Source of the DNA: Octopus vulgaris
Lineage: Eukaryota
Length of the DNA stretch: 64,000 nt
Assembly: GCA_951406725.2 (NCBI GenBank)
Contig: OX597814.1
Coordinates: 58,838,001-58,902,000, forward strand
Direction: 5' to 3'
Under the pieces are notes generated by a model. That model had not been told where the DNA came from. It made no database searches and saw only the letters and a program-made list of their open reading frames with translations. The position numbers and the translations under genes are program-made. Positions 10,773-24,222 of this stretch are shown piece by piece. Numbering within the stretch: position 1 is the stretch's first letter; each line of letters begins with the position of its first letter.

Positions 10773-13700
10773 CTGCAAGACAAAATTGAACCATTTAGTT
10801 TCCATTAAGTTAAAAGTGTTCAAGCTTTCGCTTATTTACTTTACTAGATATGGTCGCTGTTTATTTGACTATACTTATAAATATAATCTTTCCATCTAGT
10901 ACCTTATTTATACTGTAATATTAGACACAATTTATTACATTTATATTTATAAGATTATATTTATAAGTATAGTCAAATAAACAGCAACTATATCTAGTAA
11001 AGTAAATAGTTATTATTTGTCATGTCGTACACTTTCATCTGATGGCGAGATTGAAATAAGGCAGAGACAGAGAATGAGAAAAGAGAGAGAAAGATGAAGA
11101 AGAGAAAGAAGGGTGAGAGAGGGGGAAAAGGGAGAGAGAGATGGAGAGAAAATAGGGGAGAGAGGGGAGAAAGAAAGGAAAGTGAGAGTAGGGTGAGAGA
11201 GTGTGGAAGAGAGATGATGGTGGTACTCGTGGTGGTGGTGGCGGCGGTGATTGGATAGTGAAAAGTGTACTTTTTTAATTCAACTAAGTTCTTTTTCATA
11301 CCACATATCACTTAATGTATGGGCATAAGTGTAATTCCGTGACGTGGCAGATATATGCAATTTCAAATTTCACTCAAGGTTGTATTATATGTACAGGATA
11401 TCTTTTGTTTATTGGAATAATGGAAAAATGAGTGAATATATATTTTATGAGTGCTGAGTATTAAGTCTATGAAATTGTGCATAAGGGATTATGAGTCTAT
11501 ATATAAAGTGCATTAAGTAATCATCGTGTTCAAATTTCTTTCACTTTTGAATGAGTAGCAGATGAGCAACGATCTTTCCAAACAAACTCAATAGAATCTA
11601 CACTTCTAGGGATTTGGGATAAAGTTTTCAGAAATAACCCAATAGGTGTACCATTAATTATGTATTATATTCACGGGTCCCGCTTGTAATAATGATAATA
11701 GTTTGTTTTCTTATTCAAAACTGAAACCATGGCTAACAAATCTGACCCATTTGCAGGTACGTAATGCTGATGTTTGTCATAAAAAAATCAATACCTAACT
11801 ACGATGAAGCTATGAAAATAAACTAACGACAACGGTGGTTAATATCAATTGCAAAAAACAATTCACTATAAATTATACTTCCGACCACCTTTTATTAGTA
11901 TAGAGATATTTTTTTCAATATAAAGGGAAAGGCAGTTTTGTCATTTTGACGACTTTATTATACTTCAAAATTGGAGTAAAATGGTTCAAGCAAACATCGG
12001 AATTCATTGCGATAATCTGGTGCGCACTTTTGCAAAGTGACAAAAACAAAATAACTAATTCAGAACGAATGCATCCCGGATTTAGATGTAACTTTATGGC
12101 ACAACAGATTATTTAATTTAATAATATAAATTATCTAATAAAAAATTCAGCAACTGAGATATAGCACTTAACAGAATTATATACACGTCACAAAAACGCA
12201 GTTATAAGAATCAAAACTACAAACAAATATAGAAAAAAAGTGAGATTAACTACGAAGTCCAAAATGTAGGTTGCAAAACAAATACTATATTTATAACAAA
12301 ACCACCTGTAGAATATGATACCAAAATGCGATTTTGAAGAGCATAAACGAAAAGAAAATAACAAAAAATGTCAGAAACATTGAAGAAATTCTGCAGGTCA
12401 CATTCATGTCGACGAGAAAATAATGGAGAAATCAATGCAAAAAAATTTAAACAATATTAATATTTCGTGTGTAGGAGGAAAATATTGGCCAATATAGTTG
12501 CGGCGAAAATAAAAGCGTACCCCGCCAATCCTTGAGATTAAAATAGAAAACCACATCGATATCTCTTTGCTAAATTAAATAACATATACAGTAGCCATTG
12601 TTATTAGAAGGTGATTTGGGTAATTTCCAAAATTTATTAGGAAGAAGATGGAAACCCAAGTGAACAATAACAAAAATGAATATGCAGATATGAAAATAAG
12701 GGAAGAGATACTCTGATTTCTATTGAGAAATTTACGAAAATTAACGACAAAAGTGAAGGACGGGGGCAGAGACAAATACTACAGAAATATAATGGGATAA
12801 TGAAATTGCGCTTGAAACAGATGCTCTTCGTTATATAACAAAGAATTCCTCGATATTGCAAACGAGGAGATACTTGAAAACAAACAGTGTTCATCACCTA
12901 TCCAAAACCAATTAGTCAAGAATTTTGTAAAAGTTAAATAGAAATCGATGCAAAACCAACAGCAATTTCAAAAGCATTGTGTTAAGGAGAATTGATAGGA
13001 AAATCCCTATGCTCGATGTTATTTAAACAACTTTTAAAGCACATGTACATTAGTTGGAAATCGCAACTTCTAACAGAAAATTTATCCTACTCAAGGGCAA
13101 AAAAAAAAAAAGCATCAAGTGGACACTGAAATTATATACTTTTGTGTAAAATTATAGTTAAAATATTTCACAGGAACTTATAAACTATCACTGACGTTTT
13201 ATGAAATATTGACTGGAGGAAAGAATTTTTTGTATCGAGAAAAGACAAACGCTAATATTACATGCTCATGACCTTCCTTCTTGCAACGAAATATTCTTAA
13301 CTGTAATGTTGTAGCAGAAAAGAAATAAATAGTCCCCTTAAATAAAACAAGCTGCTTCAAGAAGAGTATATTGGATGCTGCAAATGCTGTGAAAATAGGT
13401 GTAAAGTTGTGTATATTATTCACTGATCGATAAAAGACTAGCATAACCAATAGAAAGTTTGTGGTGCAAATATGCATTAGAAAAATATCAAAGAGAAAGA
13501 CAAAGTAACTACTCTCTCGGAAACTTGAATTCAATAAAGCTAATAAAATTGAATACTGACGTTGAACTCCACTAGGAAAGTCGTTTATAATCAATTTATT
13601 AGTTTCAAGAGCTTGACGTTTGGCACTTCTCTGCCTTGAGGATACAATGACGTTCTACATGGTCCATCGCACGAGAAATATTCAGTTGATGGCCGTGGAA

Positions 13701-14268
13701 GCCCATTTACACTCCATCACTATTTCTCATGACTAAACCTTTAAGAATGCGAGAAAAGTGTTGTGTGTTAATTCCTATTGGGCTTTTTTCAACTGGAAGA
13801 AAAGTGCGAAAGCCTTATAGCGCTATAGATAACATGTAAATTTTTAGACTTCACAGAACACAGGGTTGCACATTTGTCAGAGAGAAAACCTGCGACAAAA
13901 CGAGTATCACAAAAGAGGACAATACTTTGCTGGCACTCCATATACGTCTATATATGGCGCATCTCACCGCATATTTTCCCTCTAAGTAGTTTTCGCAACT
14001 GATCAATATTTTAGCCAATGATGCTGGCTTGGTCGACATTAACTTTCATTCTTTCCGGTTCGAAAGAAGTAATAGTGTTCACTTGGAGTCGATGTAATCG
14101 AGGTTCCCACCCCCAAAAATTTGTTGGCCTTGTGCCAACATTTGAAACCCCATATTTTAGCCAATGGAAAATGTCGTTTATTCAGGAAACGAAAGATAGG
14201 GAGCTCTTGGGTGGCCAGATGAAAAGTGATACAGTCATATCTTCCTCTTAGTCCGATTTTGCATGCAA

Positions 14269-14354
<86 letters not shown>

Positions 14355-15555
14355 GTCTATCTATCTATCTCTCCGTGTATCTATCTATCTCTCTCTCTCT
14401 CCCATCCGCACCCCGGTTAATACCTAGCCAGATTTGGGACTCAAGTTCCTACTACAAATCTCTTTCAATTAGTACGTCTTTACTGCACTAGATTCTCACA
14501 TAATCGTAAGAATAAAAAGCACATCGATATTACTAACTGTAAACTGCTTATTTCTTGAATTTGATTATTTATATATAAGTCTACATATTTCGTTATTGAA
14601 CAACCTGATTTCTTATGTTCTATGGTGTTGGTATGCATGCAAGTGTTGGAGCAAATGAACACACGCACACACATACGCATACTTACATACGTATGGATAT
14701 ATACACACACAAACATGCACACACACACATATCAGGGAATCGAGTAATTTGGTAATACAGAGCAATATTTAGGCCATTTATGTATAGAACACAAAATAAA
14801 ATGTTTTAATAACCCTTTCTACAATACGCACGAGGCTTAAAATTTCGGTGAAAGGGAGTAGGCGATTTTAACGATCTCCAGTGTATAATTAGTACTTGTT
14901 TCAATGAGCCAGAAGAATGAAAGGTAAAATCAACCACAGCAGAATTTGAAGTCGTAATGTAAAGACGAAGGAAATACTTATAAATATTTTGCCAGCCGTG
15001 ATTGCGATTCTACCAACTCGTTATCATGAAATGCTTTAATAATGCTATAAAGTCTGAAATATTTATGAATTAATTAACTTGAATCTGACTCTGTTTGTGT
15101 AAAGAAGTAATAATAATTTATCTTTTTAGATGAAGTTGCTGAAACATTTGAAGATGCCATATATTTTCTAATTCATTTGTAATGCTGTAAAAGCATATGA
15201 AGCCTGTCATCTTCTAAGTAACGCATTCTCTTTGATATTATATGTCTTCACCTCCATTTTAATGCAATTATATAATCAGTTATTCTCTTGCATTTCGAAG
15301 CGAATGATCAATTATTTATAGCACGTATCCTATCAATATATTTTGCTAAGGCTTTAAAACTTGCCCCCCGAGATTTTGCATTAGCTCAGTAAATTGTTTT
15401 GAAATACCAAATTGTCATATTAAATTTCGATTCACGAATCAAAACCAACAGATCATCCTTATTACACGTGTTACTTGGGCCATAACAAGTGCAACGATGT
15501 CAGTCAGTACGTTGCTCTAATAGTCATGACCATCGTTAATATTTAGGGTGTGTAT

Positions 15556-15742
15556 AGCACGCCGGGCGAAATGCCTAGCGGTACTTTGTCTTTACGTTCT
15601 CAGTTCAAATTCCGCTGAGGTCGACTTTGCCTTTCATCCTTTCGGGGTCGATAAATTAAGTACCAGTTGCATACTGGGGACGATCTAATGGACTGGCCTC
15701 CTCTCCCAAAATTTCGGGCCTTGATCCTAGAGTAGAAAAGAA
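15556..15742 (+). mobile_element. tRNA-derived SINE with conserved central domain (gcctttcatcctttcggggtcgataaa..aagtaccagt)
   Basis: B-box-like gttcaaattcc. Related copies at about 14815-15030(-), 34810-35015(-), 39350-39480(+), 47225-47430(+), 47465-47620(-), 50110-50290(+), 62245-62460(+). Confidence 0.85.
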
Positions 15743-15989
15743 TATATAAGGTGTGTAGTTTAAAATGTACAGGAATGTGTCTGTCAAGAAGTGTTAGAGG
15801 AAGCTATGACTATAACCGATAATTCCTCTCCCAATTACTTTTCACATTCTTTATAATAAATATGATTTTAAGTATCTTGATATAATCATCTAATACATTT
15901 ATTTCGCTTTAAATAGCATACACACACACATATATATATATTTATATGTGTATAAATATAAATACATATATATATACATATATATGTAT

Positions 15990-16285
15990 GTGATCACGTG
16001 ATCACGTGACCGACCAGACCATCAGATGTTGCTACACATCGCTGGTAACAATGCATTCACATTGTTTTAGCCTTCGAATGACGCCACCCCGCTGGCTAAG
16101 CGAGCAGGCCAACAGATGAGTGAGAGAAAGAGTGGTGAAAGAGTACAGCAGGGATCACCACCCCCTGCCGGAGCCACTTGGAGCTTTTAAGTGTTTTCGC
16201 TCAATAAACACGCACAACGCCTGGTCTAGGAATCGAAACCGCGATCCTACGACTGCGAGTCCTCTGCCCTAATCACTGGACCATT
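15990..16285 (-). mobile_element. tRNA-derived SINE, second family
   Basis: Minus strand begins TGGTCCAGTGATTAGG (A box) ... GGTTTCGATTCC (B box). The 3' end runs into a TA/CATA microsatellite. Confidence 0.8.
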
Positions 16286-16356
16286 AATATACATACATAC
16301 ATATATATGAAACAATTGTCGGATTTGTGTGGTGAATTCTACAATTTACATCCTAA

Positions 16357-16395
<39 letters not shown>

Positions 16396-16767
16396 TGTGT
16401 GAATTCACATATGTATGTGTAATGTTATTCATATGCTATTCGGATATTTGGGACGTAAGTGAATATTATTACCGCCAACTGAATTTTCATTAATTATTGG
16501 AGTCTATGCAAAATATTATAGCAAAACGAACTAAATATCCACTTTACTGTTTCACCAATGAATGCTCATCCTGAAACTGTAATATTCCATTCTGGAAAAT
16601 CTAGGGAAACTAATATAAGTTGCATCTGAAGTAAAATATGAATGAAATATTAGTCTTTCTTGTTTTCAGATTCGATAAAATATATTAAAGGCAAATCAGG
16701 AAAAAAAAAAAAAAAAAAAAAAATTAATTGAAATGACAAACACCAAAAATGTGTTCGTTAGTTCATT

Positions 16768-16836
<69 letters not shown>

Positions 16837-16837
<1 letters not shown>

Positions 16838-17205
16838 TATGTTTGACATTTGCTTTGTATTTGTAGAAGTTGGATCCAAGTCTCACCCAGAGACCTCAAG
16901 AGACAAGTTACAAGTTCATTTTGGTGTTAAGCCTAAGGTGTCATATCTTTGGTTTTGCACATTGTATTGTTGAGAGAATGTTTGAGAAAACATAATGAAA
17001 GTATGAGTTTGCTTTAAAATTTGAGATTACATATGCAGTATACTACGTAGGATATGAGCAATTCCCATGAGCACTAACTTTTGAATTTCTGCCATTTTGG
17101 TGTTTCCTGGCATCTGAGCTAGGTAGCAGTCAGCCCTTTTTGCTATCTTTCCTAAGCCACCTATGATGACAGGTGTTGTTTTAATCTTGAGGTTCCACAT
17201 TTTGC
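16837..17205 (-). mobile_element. Short 3' fragment of R4-like family B
   Basis: KMWNLKIKTTPVIIGGLG..EIQKLVLMGIAHILRSILHM* aligns with the end of ORF 4039-4731; the 3' UTR matches 5680-5773. Confidence 0.9.
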
Positions 17206-17285
17206 TTCTTCTCCATCTCCACATATTCAATTACTCGTTCTTTTCATTACATGTTTTTGTTAATTTCTGCTGGGAAGGCTCTGTA

Positions 17286-17435
<150 letters not shown>

Positions 17436-17451
17436 CATTATTATTATTATT

Positions 17452-17568
<117 letters not shown>

Positions 17569-18123
17569 GTGTGAGAGAGCAGTGCATGCCATCAAAGTGA
17601 CACTGGGGTACAAATATACGAAGCCCAGTATACCCATCATGACTACCCGTCTGATAAGGGTACACCAGGCACATGCATCACAACCATATGTTCGCGACAT
17701 GGTGATCTCATAACAAGATAAACAACGCATGACCTTGCGGGCGTGGCCCAGTTAGAATTTTCTTCTGGTTGGGTAACCCATCCCAGTCAAAAGGTCCCTG
17801 ATTAAGGGTTGTTTAAGGATGTCGAATGAAACACCATTGTTTCCAGAGGTGAATCATTCAAACCCCAAAGAATCCCTCTCAACACATGGCTATAATGCTC
17901 CCCCACTACTTCTACTCGTGATCAGAGATGCACATATCGTCAGCCACTAAGGGACATGCTCAACTTGTTACGATCAAGCAACTGACATGCAAATCTGTGG
18001 TATTGAGCAGAATATTTGCTGTAGCCCATCTTTTATACCAAAACAAAACAATGTACATGATAACACTTCCAGTCAGTTAAGATCAGGAGCCATGAAAGCC
18101 GCTGCCTGATACTGCATCAGGGC

Positions 18124-18125
<2 letters not shown>
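17569..18125 (-). mobile_element. ~550-bp non-coding (TAA)n-associated element, copy 1
   Basis: Highly similar to five other copies in the window; flanked by (ATT)n on both sides. Confidence 0.9.
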
Positions 18126-18194
<69 letters not shown>

Positions 18195-18226
18195 TTATTA
18201 TTATTATTATTGTTGTTGTTGTTATT

Positions 18227-18310
<84 letters not shown>

Positions 18311-18411
18311 ATTATTGTTGTTGTTATTATTATTATTACTACTATTATTAATATCATTGTTATTATTATTATTAATATTATTTTTATTATTAATATTATT
18401 TTTATTATTAA

Positions 18412-18447
<36 letters not shown>

Positions 18448-18472
18448 TACTATTATTATTATTAATATTATT

Positions 18473-18983
18473 GAATGAGAGAGCAGTGCTTGCCATCGAA
18501 GTGACATTGCGGTAAAATATACGAAGCCCAGTATACCCATCATTACCACCCGTCTGATAAGAGTACACGAGGCACATGCATCACAACCATATGTGCGCGA
18601 CATGGTGATCTCATATGAAGATAAACAACACATAACCTTGCAGGTGAGGCCCAGTTAGAATTTCCTTCTGGTCGAGCAACCCATCCCGCTCAAATAAGGG
18701 TTAAGGATGCTGAACGAAACAGCCATGTTTCCAGAGTTGAATTAATCAAACCCCGAAGAATCCCTTTCACCACATGGCTGTAATGCTCCACCACTATTTC
18801 TGCTCGTGATCAGAGATGCACATATCGTCAGCCACCAAGGGACATGATCAACTGGTTAAGGTCAAACAGAATAGTTGCTGTAGCCCATCTTTTATACCAA
18901 GACAAAACAATGTACATGATAACACTACCAATCAGTTATGATCAGAATTCATGAGAACACTGCCTGGTACTGCATCAGGGCAT
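18473..18983 (-). mobile_element. ~550-bp element, copy 2 (small internal deletions)
   Basis: Alignment by eye to copy 1. Confidence 0.9.
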
Positions 18984-18993
18984 TATTATTATA

Positions 18994-19050
<57 letters not shown>

Positions 19051-19080
19051 ATTATTATTATTATTATTATTATTATTATT

Positions 19081-19507
19081 GAGTGAGAGAGCAGTTCATG
19101 CCATCAAAGTGACACTGGGGTAAAATATACGAAGCCCAGTATACCCATCATGACTACCCGTCTGATAAGGGCACACTAGGCACATGCATCACAACCATAT
19201 GTGTGCGACATGGTGATCTCATATCAAGATAAACTGCACATGACCTTGCAGGTGGGGTCCAGTTAGAATTTTCTTCAGGTTGAGTAGCCCATCCCGCTCA
19301 AACGGTCCCTGAATAAGGGTTGTCTAAGGATGTTGAAAAAACCACCCATGTCCTCAGAGTTGAATTATTCAAACCCCAAAGAATCCCTCTCAACACATGG
19401 CTATGATGCTCCCCCACTACTTCTGTTCGTGATCAGAGATGCACATATCGTCAGCCACTAAGGGACTTGCTCAACTGGTTAAGGTCAAACAACTGACAAG
19501 CAAATCT
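19081..19507 (-). mobile_element. ~550-bp element, copy 3 (truncated at one end)
   Basis: Matches copy 1 but stops at gcaaatct, lacking the gccctgatgcag end. Confidence 0.9.
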
Positions 19508-19510
19508 ATT

Positions 19511-19550
<40 letters not shown>

Positions 19551-19561
19551 CCATCATCAGC

Positions 19562-19599
<38 letters not shown>

Positions 19600-19703
19600 T
19601 ATTATTATTATTATTATTATTATTGTTATTATTGTTATTATTGTTATTGTTATTGTTATTATTGTTGTTATTGTTGTTGTTGTTGTTCTTCTTCTTCTTC
19701 TTC

Positions 19704-19742
<39 letters not shown>

Positions 19743-19756
19743 TTATTATTCTTCTT

Positions 19757-19851
<95 letters not shown>

Positions 19852-19854
19852 CAC

Positions 19855-20197
19855 GCAACAGATTAGACTGTTGGAAGAGAAATATTCCTAACAACGGGTT
19901 ACAATAAGCAACCTTAGACACAAATAACTTTCCTAGCTCTCCTAGCTGTCCGTAACAATACTATTTTCTGGACCTGTAGTAAACTCGGCTTTATGCCAAT
20001 TTCTTCTATCCATCTGTACAGATCTTTAGGGATAGTTCCCAATACACTTGTAACTACTGTGATATATTTTACCGTATCTTCCTTGCATTCTATGGCTAGG
20101 TTCTGGAAATTTGCTCTTTTTTCTACACCTCTCAGATTGATTTATTCATCGTTTGTGATTGTAAATTCAATGATCTGGCACTTTCTATCCTCTTTAT

Positions 20198-20252
<55 letters not shown>

Positions 20253-20275
20253 AACTACTGCTGCTGCTGCTGCTG

Positions 20276-20326
<51 letters not shown>

Positions 20327-20990
20327 TTACTAAATCCGGCTTCTAGCTTGCCTGCTACTGCTATGATACGCTGTTTCAATTATTCTATTACTGTCCCAAA
20401 TCCTTTATCTTAGACAGAATATCTTTTCTCAAAGGAAGATTTGCATCTTGTGTTTCTTAATTTGTTCATTATCCTAGCTTCTATTTTACTCAGTTCCTGT
20501 TTGAGAGACTTCCCTTTTTTGTAGTCTCCTATTACACAATTCCCCCTTTTTATTATTTCACTGTGAGATATCTAATCATCTAGGGACTACTACCCTCCTG
20601 CATAGATCAGTAGGTTAGTCCTATATTTTTAGCATCTATCCTACTGTTGACAGAATCCACATTCCTGGTCATTACTAGCAGCTTTCTTCTGTTACTCATT
20701 TTAATGCTGGCATTTTTTTCTCACTTCTTTACTCATTACATCCTGCAACTCATCTAAAATCTTCTTCTCTTCCTCACTTAAACCGCTTAAGTCTCTAGTG
20801 TCAGTTGTCCCTTCCTTATTAGTAGCGCTATTATTATTTTTTTTCTCGTAAAGGCACTTCTTTGGTTTGCGTTGCATCTCTTATGTTGTTGTTTGTCATT
20901 CCTACTGATTCGTCTGTTGGTTTGTTTTTACAGCGTTTGCATTTATAACTGAATAGCTGCCATGGACATATGTCGATGTCTCTTTCGCAG
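19855..20990 (-). mobile_element. Heavily decayed R4-like element interrupted by a (CTA)n array (20198-20330)
   Basis: Minus-strand remnants KEDRKCQIIEF and QKIVLLRTARR resemble the RLE tail. The 3' end abuts an (AAT)n array. Confidence 0.55.
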
Positions 20991-22249
20991 TCATAATTAT
21001 TATTGATGTATCAGCGAGCGACCGAGAAGAAACAACAATGTGCATATATAAGGAGGTCTTGTATGAATGAGGAAGTACACGTAATTAAAATTTAAAGTCT
21101 TAAATATAAAATTTTACAGGTTTGCAATTTTCGTAAAGAAATATTGCAGTGTTTACATGTTTGAACGCATGTTGCTGATGCGGTACATCTGGTAGAAGCT
21201 ATTTCTATATATACTCCATATAGGAAATTTCTTCTTCTTCTTCTTCTTCTTCTTCTTCTTCTTCTTCTTCTTCTTCTTCTTCTTCTTCTTCTTCTTCTTC
21301 TTCTTCTTCTTCTTCTTCTTCTTCTTCTTCTTCTTCTTCTTCTTCTGTGTGTGTGTATGTGTGTGTAGATAACTAGATGGTTATAGACATCTATAAAGAA
21401 AATAATTTTAGTATAAATGATGTGAGGCATTAACGACTGAAATTATCCTTCAGATGATTATAGCAAGTGCAAAGATGGAGTGCGAAAGGTTCACAGCGTT
21501 TCATTTATATTATTAGCTAAAATTGCAGAAGTCCGTTTATCTGTTTCCTGTGTTACCTTTGCATCTCATATTATGACGATAAACTCACTACAAGGAAATT
21601 CTAGAAATAACCCAACAGAAATCTATCTCTAGATCAGATTCAGCAAAATTGGTATTGGAGGTGGATTACTGCTCCCTGGTTGACCGACGTCCGTTCCACA
21701 AGAAATAGGTTAATGTCGACGAAAGAATGCAGTTACATCATCGTAAAGCAACTGAAGTCGCAGAATCACGGTATCATTTTTAATGAATCGAGTACAATAC
21801 CAGGATATTAATAGTCATAATGATGTCACATTAAAAAAAAAAACTGTATCAAAATCTTATAAAATTCCTCCGCAAGTCACTACACCCTTCTTCTCACACT
21901 GCTTAGAATTTCAACAGTTATGGCCTCGCGAGCAATAACACAACATATATAGAAGGCTATCATAAGCGCATAAAAAGGAATAGAATATTGTTTGAATCTT
22001 GTTGGTTCTCTTATATAGATATGTCGTAAACTAAAACATGGACTCGTCTAAACAATAAAATATGTCAAATTCTGAAATCCACATGCTTTTAGTGCAGACA
22101 CCTTTTCGCGTTCTTTATAAGCGAACATCTCTTTCATAATATTCGAACATCTCTTTCATAATATTCTAAATTAATGGAAAATGAACAATATCAAAAATTT
22201 TATCGTGAAAATTCTCAAAAAATATATCACAAAGTTAGAACTAAAAGTG

Positions 22250-22925
22250 CTGGATGTCTTCATATAGACATCCGCCGCATCATGCTATTCCGTTCCCCTT
22301 TGAACAACATGAGGCTGCAACATCAAATTTACTCATCCATCCATGCTTTCCCATTATTTATAGAATGTCTTGCTTCTCTTACACCAACACGTCTAACCCC
22401 CAAGGCTTTCCTCACTTCATCCAGCCACAGAAACCGTGGACTGCCTCTAGTTCTGCTGCCTACCACAACTGTCTTCATCAGTCTCCTTACCATACGCTCC
22501 TCATCCATCTTCTCTATGTGGCCAAACCGCTTCAACATTCCTCTATCGATTTTGTTTGTTAATTGTTTTCTCTCATTCTTGCTCGCTTTCATACCTGCTC
22601 ATTCCTCATCCTCTGTATCCGTGTCCCACCAAACATAGCCCTCAAAAATCCCACCTCAAACACATCTAGTCGCCTCTTGTCCGCCTCTCTTAGCCCCACA
22701 TCTCTGTAGCATATAACATTGCCGGCACAATCATGCCCTTATACACATCGGTTTTCCCTTTCATACTCAGCCTTTTATCTCTCAACATACACTTTACAAT
22801 CCATGATAGAATTTACATACTTCATCCAGAAGTTATATTAGTAAACCTCAGTATATTCCGAACCACCTTATATATTCCTTCTTATTTTCCATATCACACC
22901 TTTTCCATAAATCATCTAATTTCAT
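22250..22925 (-). mobile_element. RTE-clade LINE 3' fragment
   Basis: LKRFGHIEKMDEERMVRRLM..GSRTRGSPRFLWLDEV matches the RTE C-terminal motif LRWFGHV.RM..R..K..G.R.RGRP..W.D. Confidence 0.8.
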
Positions 22926-22947
22926 GGCAACATACATACATGCATAC

Positions 22948-22989
<42 letters not shown>

Positions 22990-23085
22990 GTTCAGCAAAA
23001 TTTAGATTCAGATGAATATGGTAGTTAAGTTAAAGGCACCAGAATTTTGTATGGTATTATCCATATAAATCAAATGGGGTGATTA

Positions 23086-23567
23086 TAATCAAAATAAGCA
23101 AGGAGGATTTCTAAGGTAGTGTAGTAAAATTGTTTCATGCTACTTCATTTTATTAAGCATTGTAAGTATTACATCAGTTTTAAGATGTCGAGCAATCTTC
23201 AGCCACATATAGAATTTTTCAATTAAACGGACAATGCACATTCTTATACTCATTTCATTTGCCAAGATTACAAAGAGCGTAGATATATAGACAGATAGAT
23301 ATACAAACGGAGAGGAACATACTACCGTCATGTTCTTAAGGATAAAATTAACCTCTCTGTCTATATATCTACTCTCTTTGTAATGTTTGCAAATGAAATA
23401 AGTATAAGAATGTATATTGTCCGTTTAATTGAAAAAATTCTAAATGTGGCTGAAGAATGCTCGACATTTTAAAACTGATGTAATACTTACAGTGTTTAAT
23501 CAAATGAAGTAGCAAGGAAGCAATTGTACTACACTATCTTGGAAACCCCTGTTCCTTATTTTGAGTA
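23086..23567. mobile_element. Inverted-repeat element (~210-bp arms) within (TA)n, each arm with a hammerhead motif
   Basis: 23086-23295 is approximately the reverse complement of 23355-23567. Motifs at 23120-23207(-) and 23445-23533(+). Confidence 0.78.
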
Positions 23568-23931
23568 TATATATATATATATATGCTCACTTAATCAGAG
23601 ATGTTCTCTTCAAACAAATTATATTGCTGTAGTTACCATGCGGGAAACTCTCATATTAGATTCCGGTACAAAATACACTCTTGTTTATGTCGCCAGTGAG
23701 GAGATAAGTCCAGCAAGGAGATTAGCTGATCGCGTGATATCTACCTTCCTTGCTCTAGTTAATGATGGACACTCGACTGCTACAAATAGATCCGATTAAT
23801 TTCCTTACTAGCGATATATTGAATACGAGTGCCGTAACAGGCGTCGCGATCAGACAATCACCTTGTTAAAATATATAATTTTAGATATATATTTCTGTAT
23901 GGGCGTAAGTGTATATTCATAACACATACAA

Positions 23932-24000
<69 letters not shown>

Positions 24001-24073
24001 TATATATGTGTGTGTATATATATATATAAATCCTTAAATCCTTAAAAATGTTTTAGTCCGAAGGCGGCGGCCA

Positions 24074-24222
<149 letters not shown>

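Noticed and set aside
11729-11756. Plus-strand aaaccATGG..CAG|gtacgt mini-exon (MANKSDPFA)
   Set aside because: Good start context and donor, but no convincing downstream plus-strand exons were found.
17930-17950. CTGACGA inside the 550-bp element (minus strand)
   Set aside because: No paired helix II followed by GAAA; not a hammerhead.
17569-19507. Repeat-spacer appearance suggestive of a CRISPR-like array
   Set aside because: Units are ~550 bp, the spacers are microsatellites, the context is eukaryotic and there are no cas genes.
22122-22167. 23-bp direct duplication (similar 20-bp x3 repeat at ~49155-49210)
   Set aside because: Ordinary slippage duplications with no further structure.
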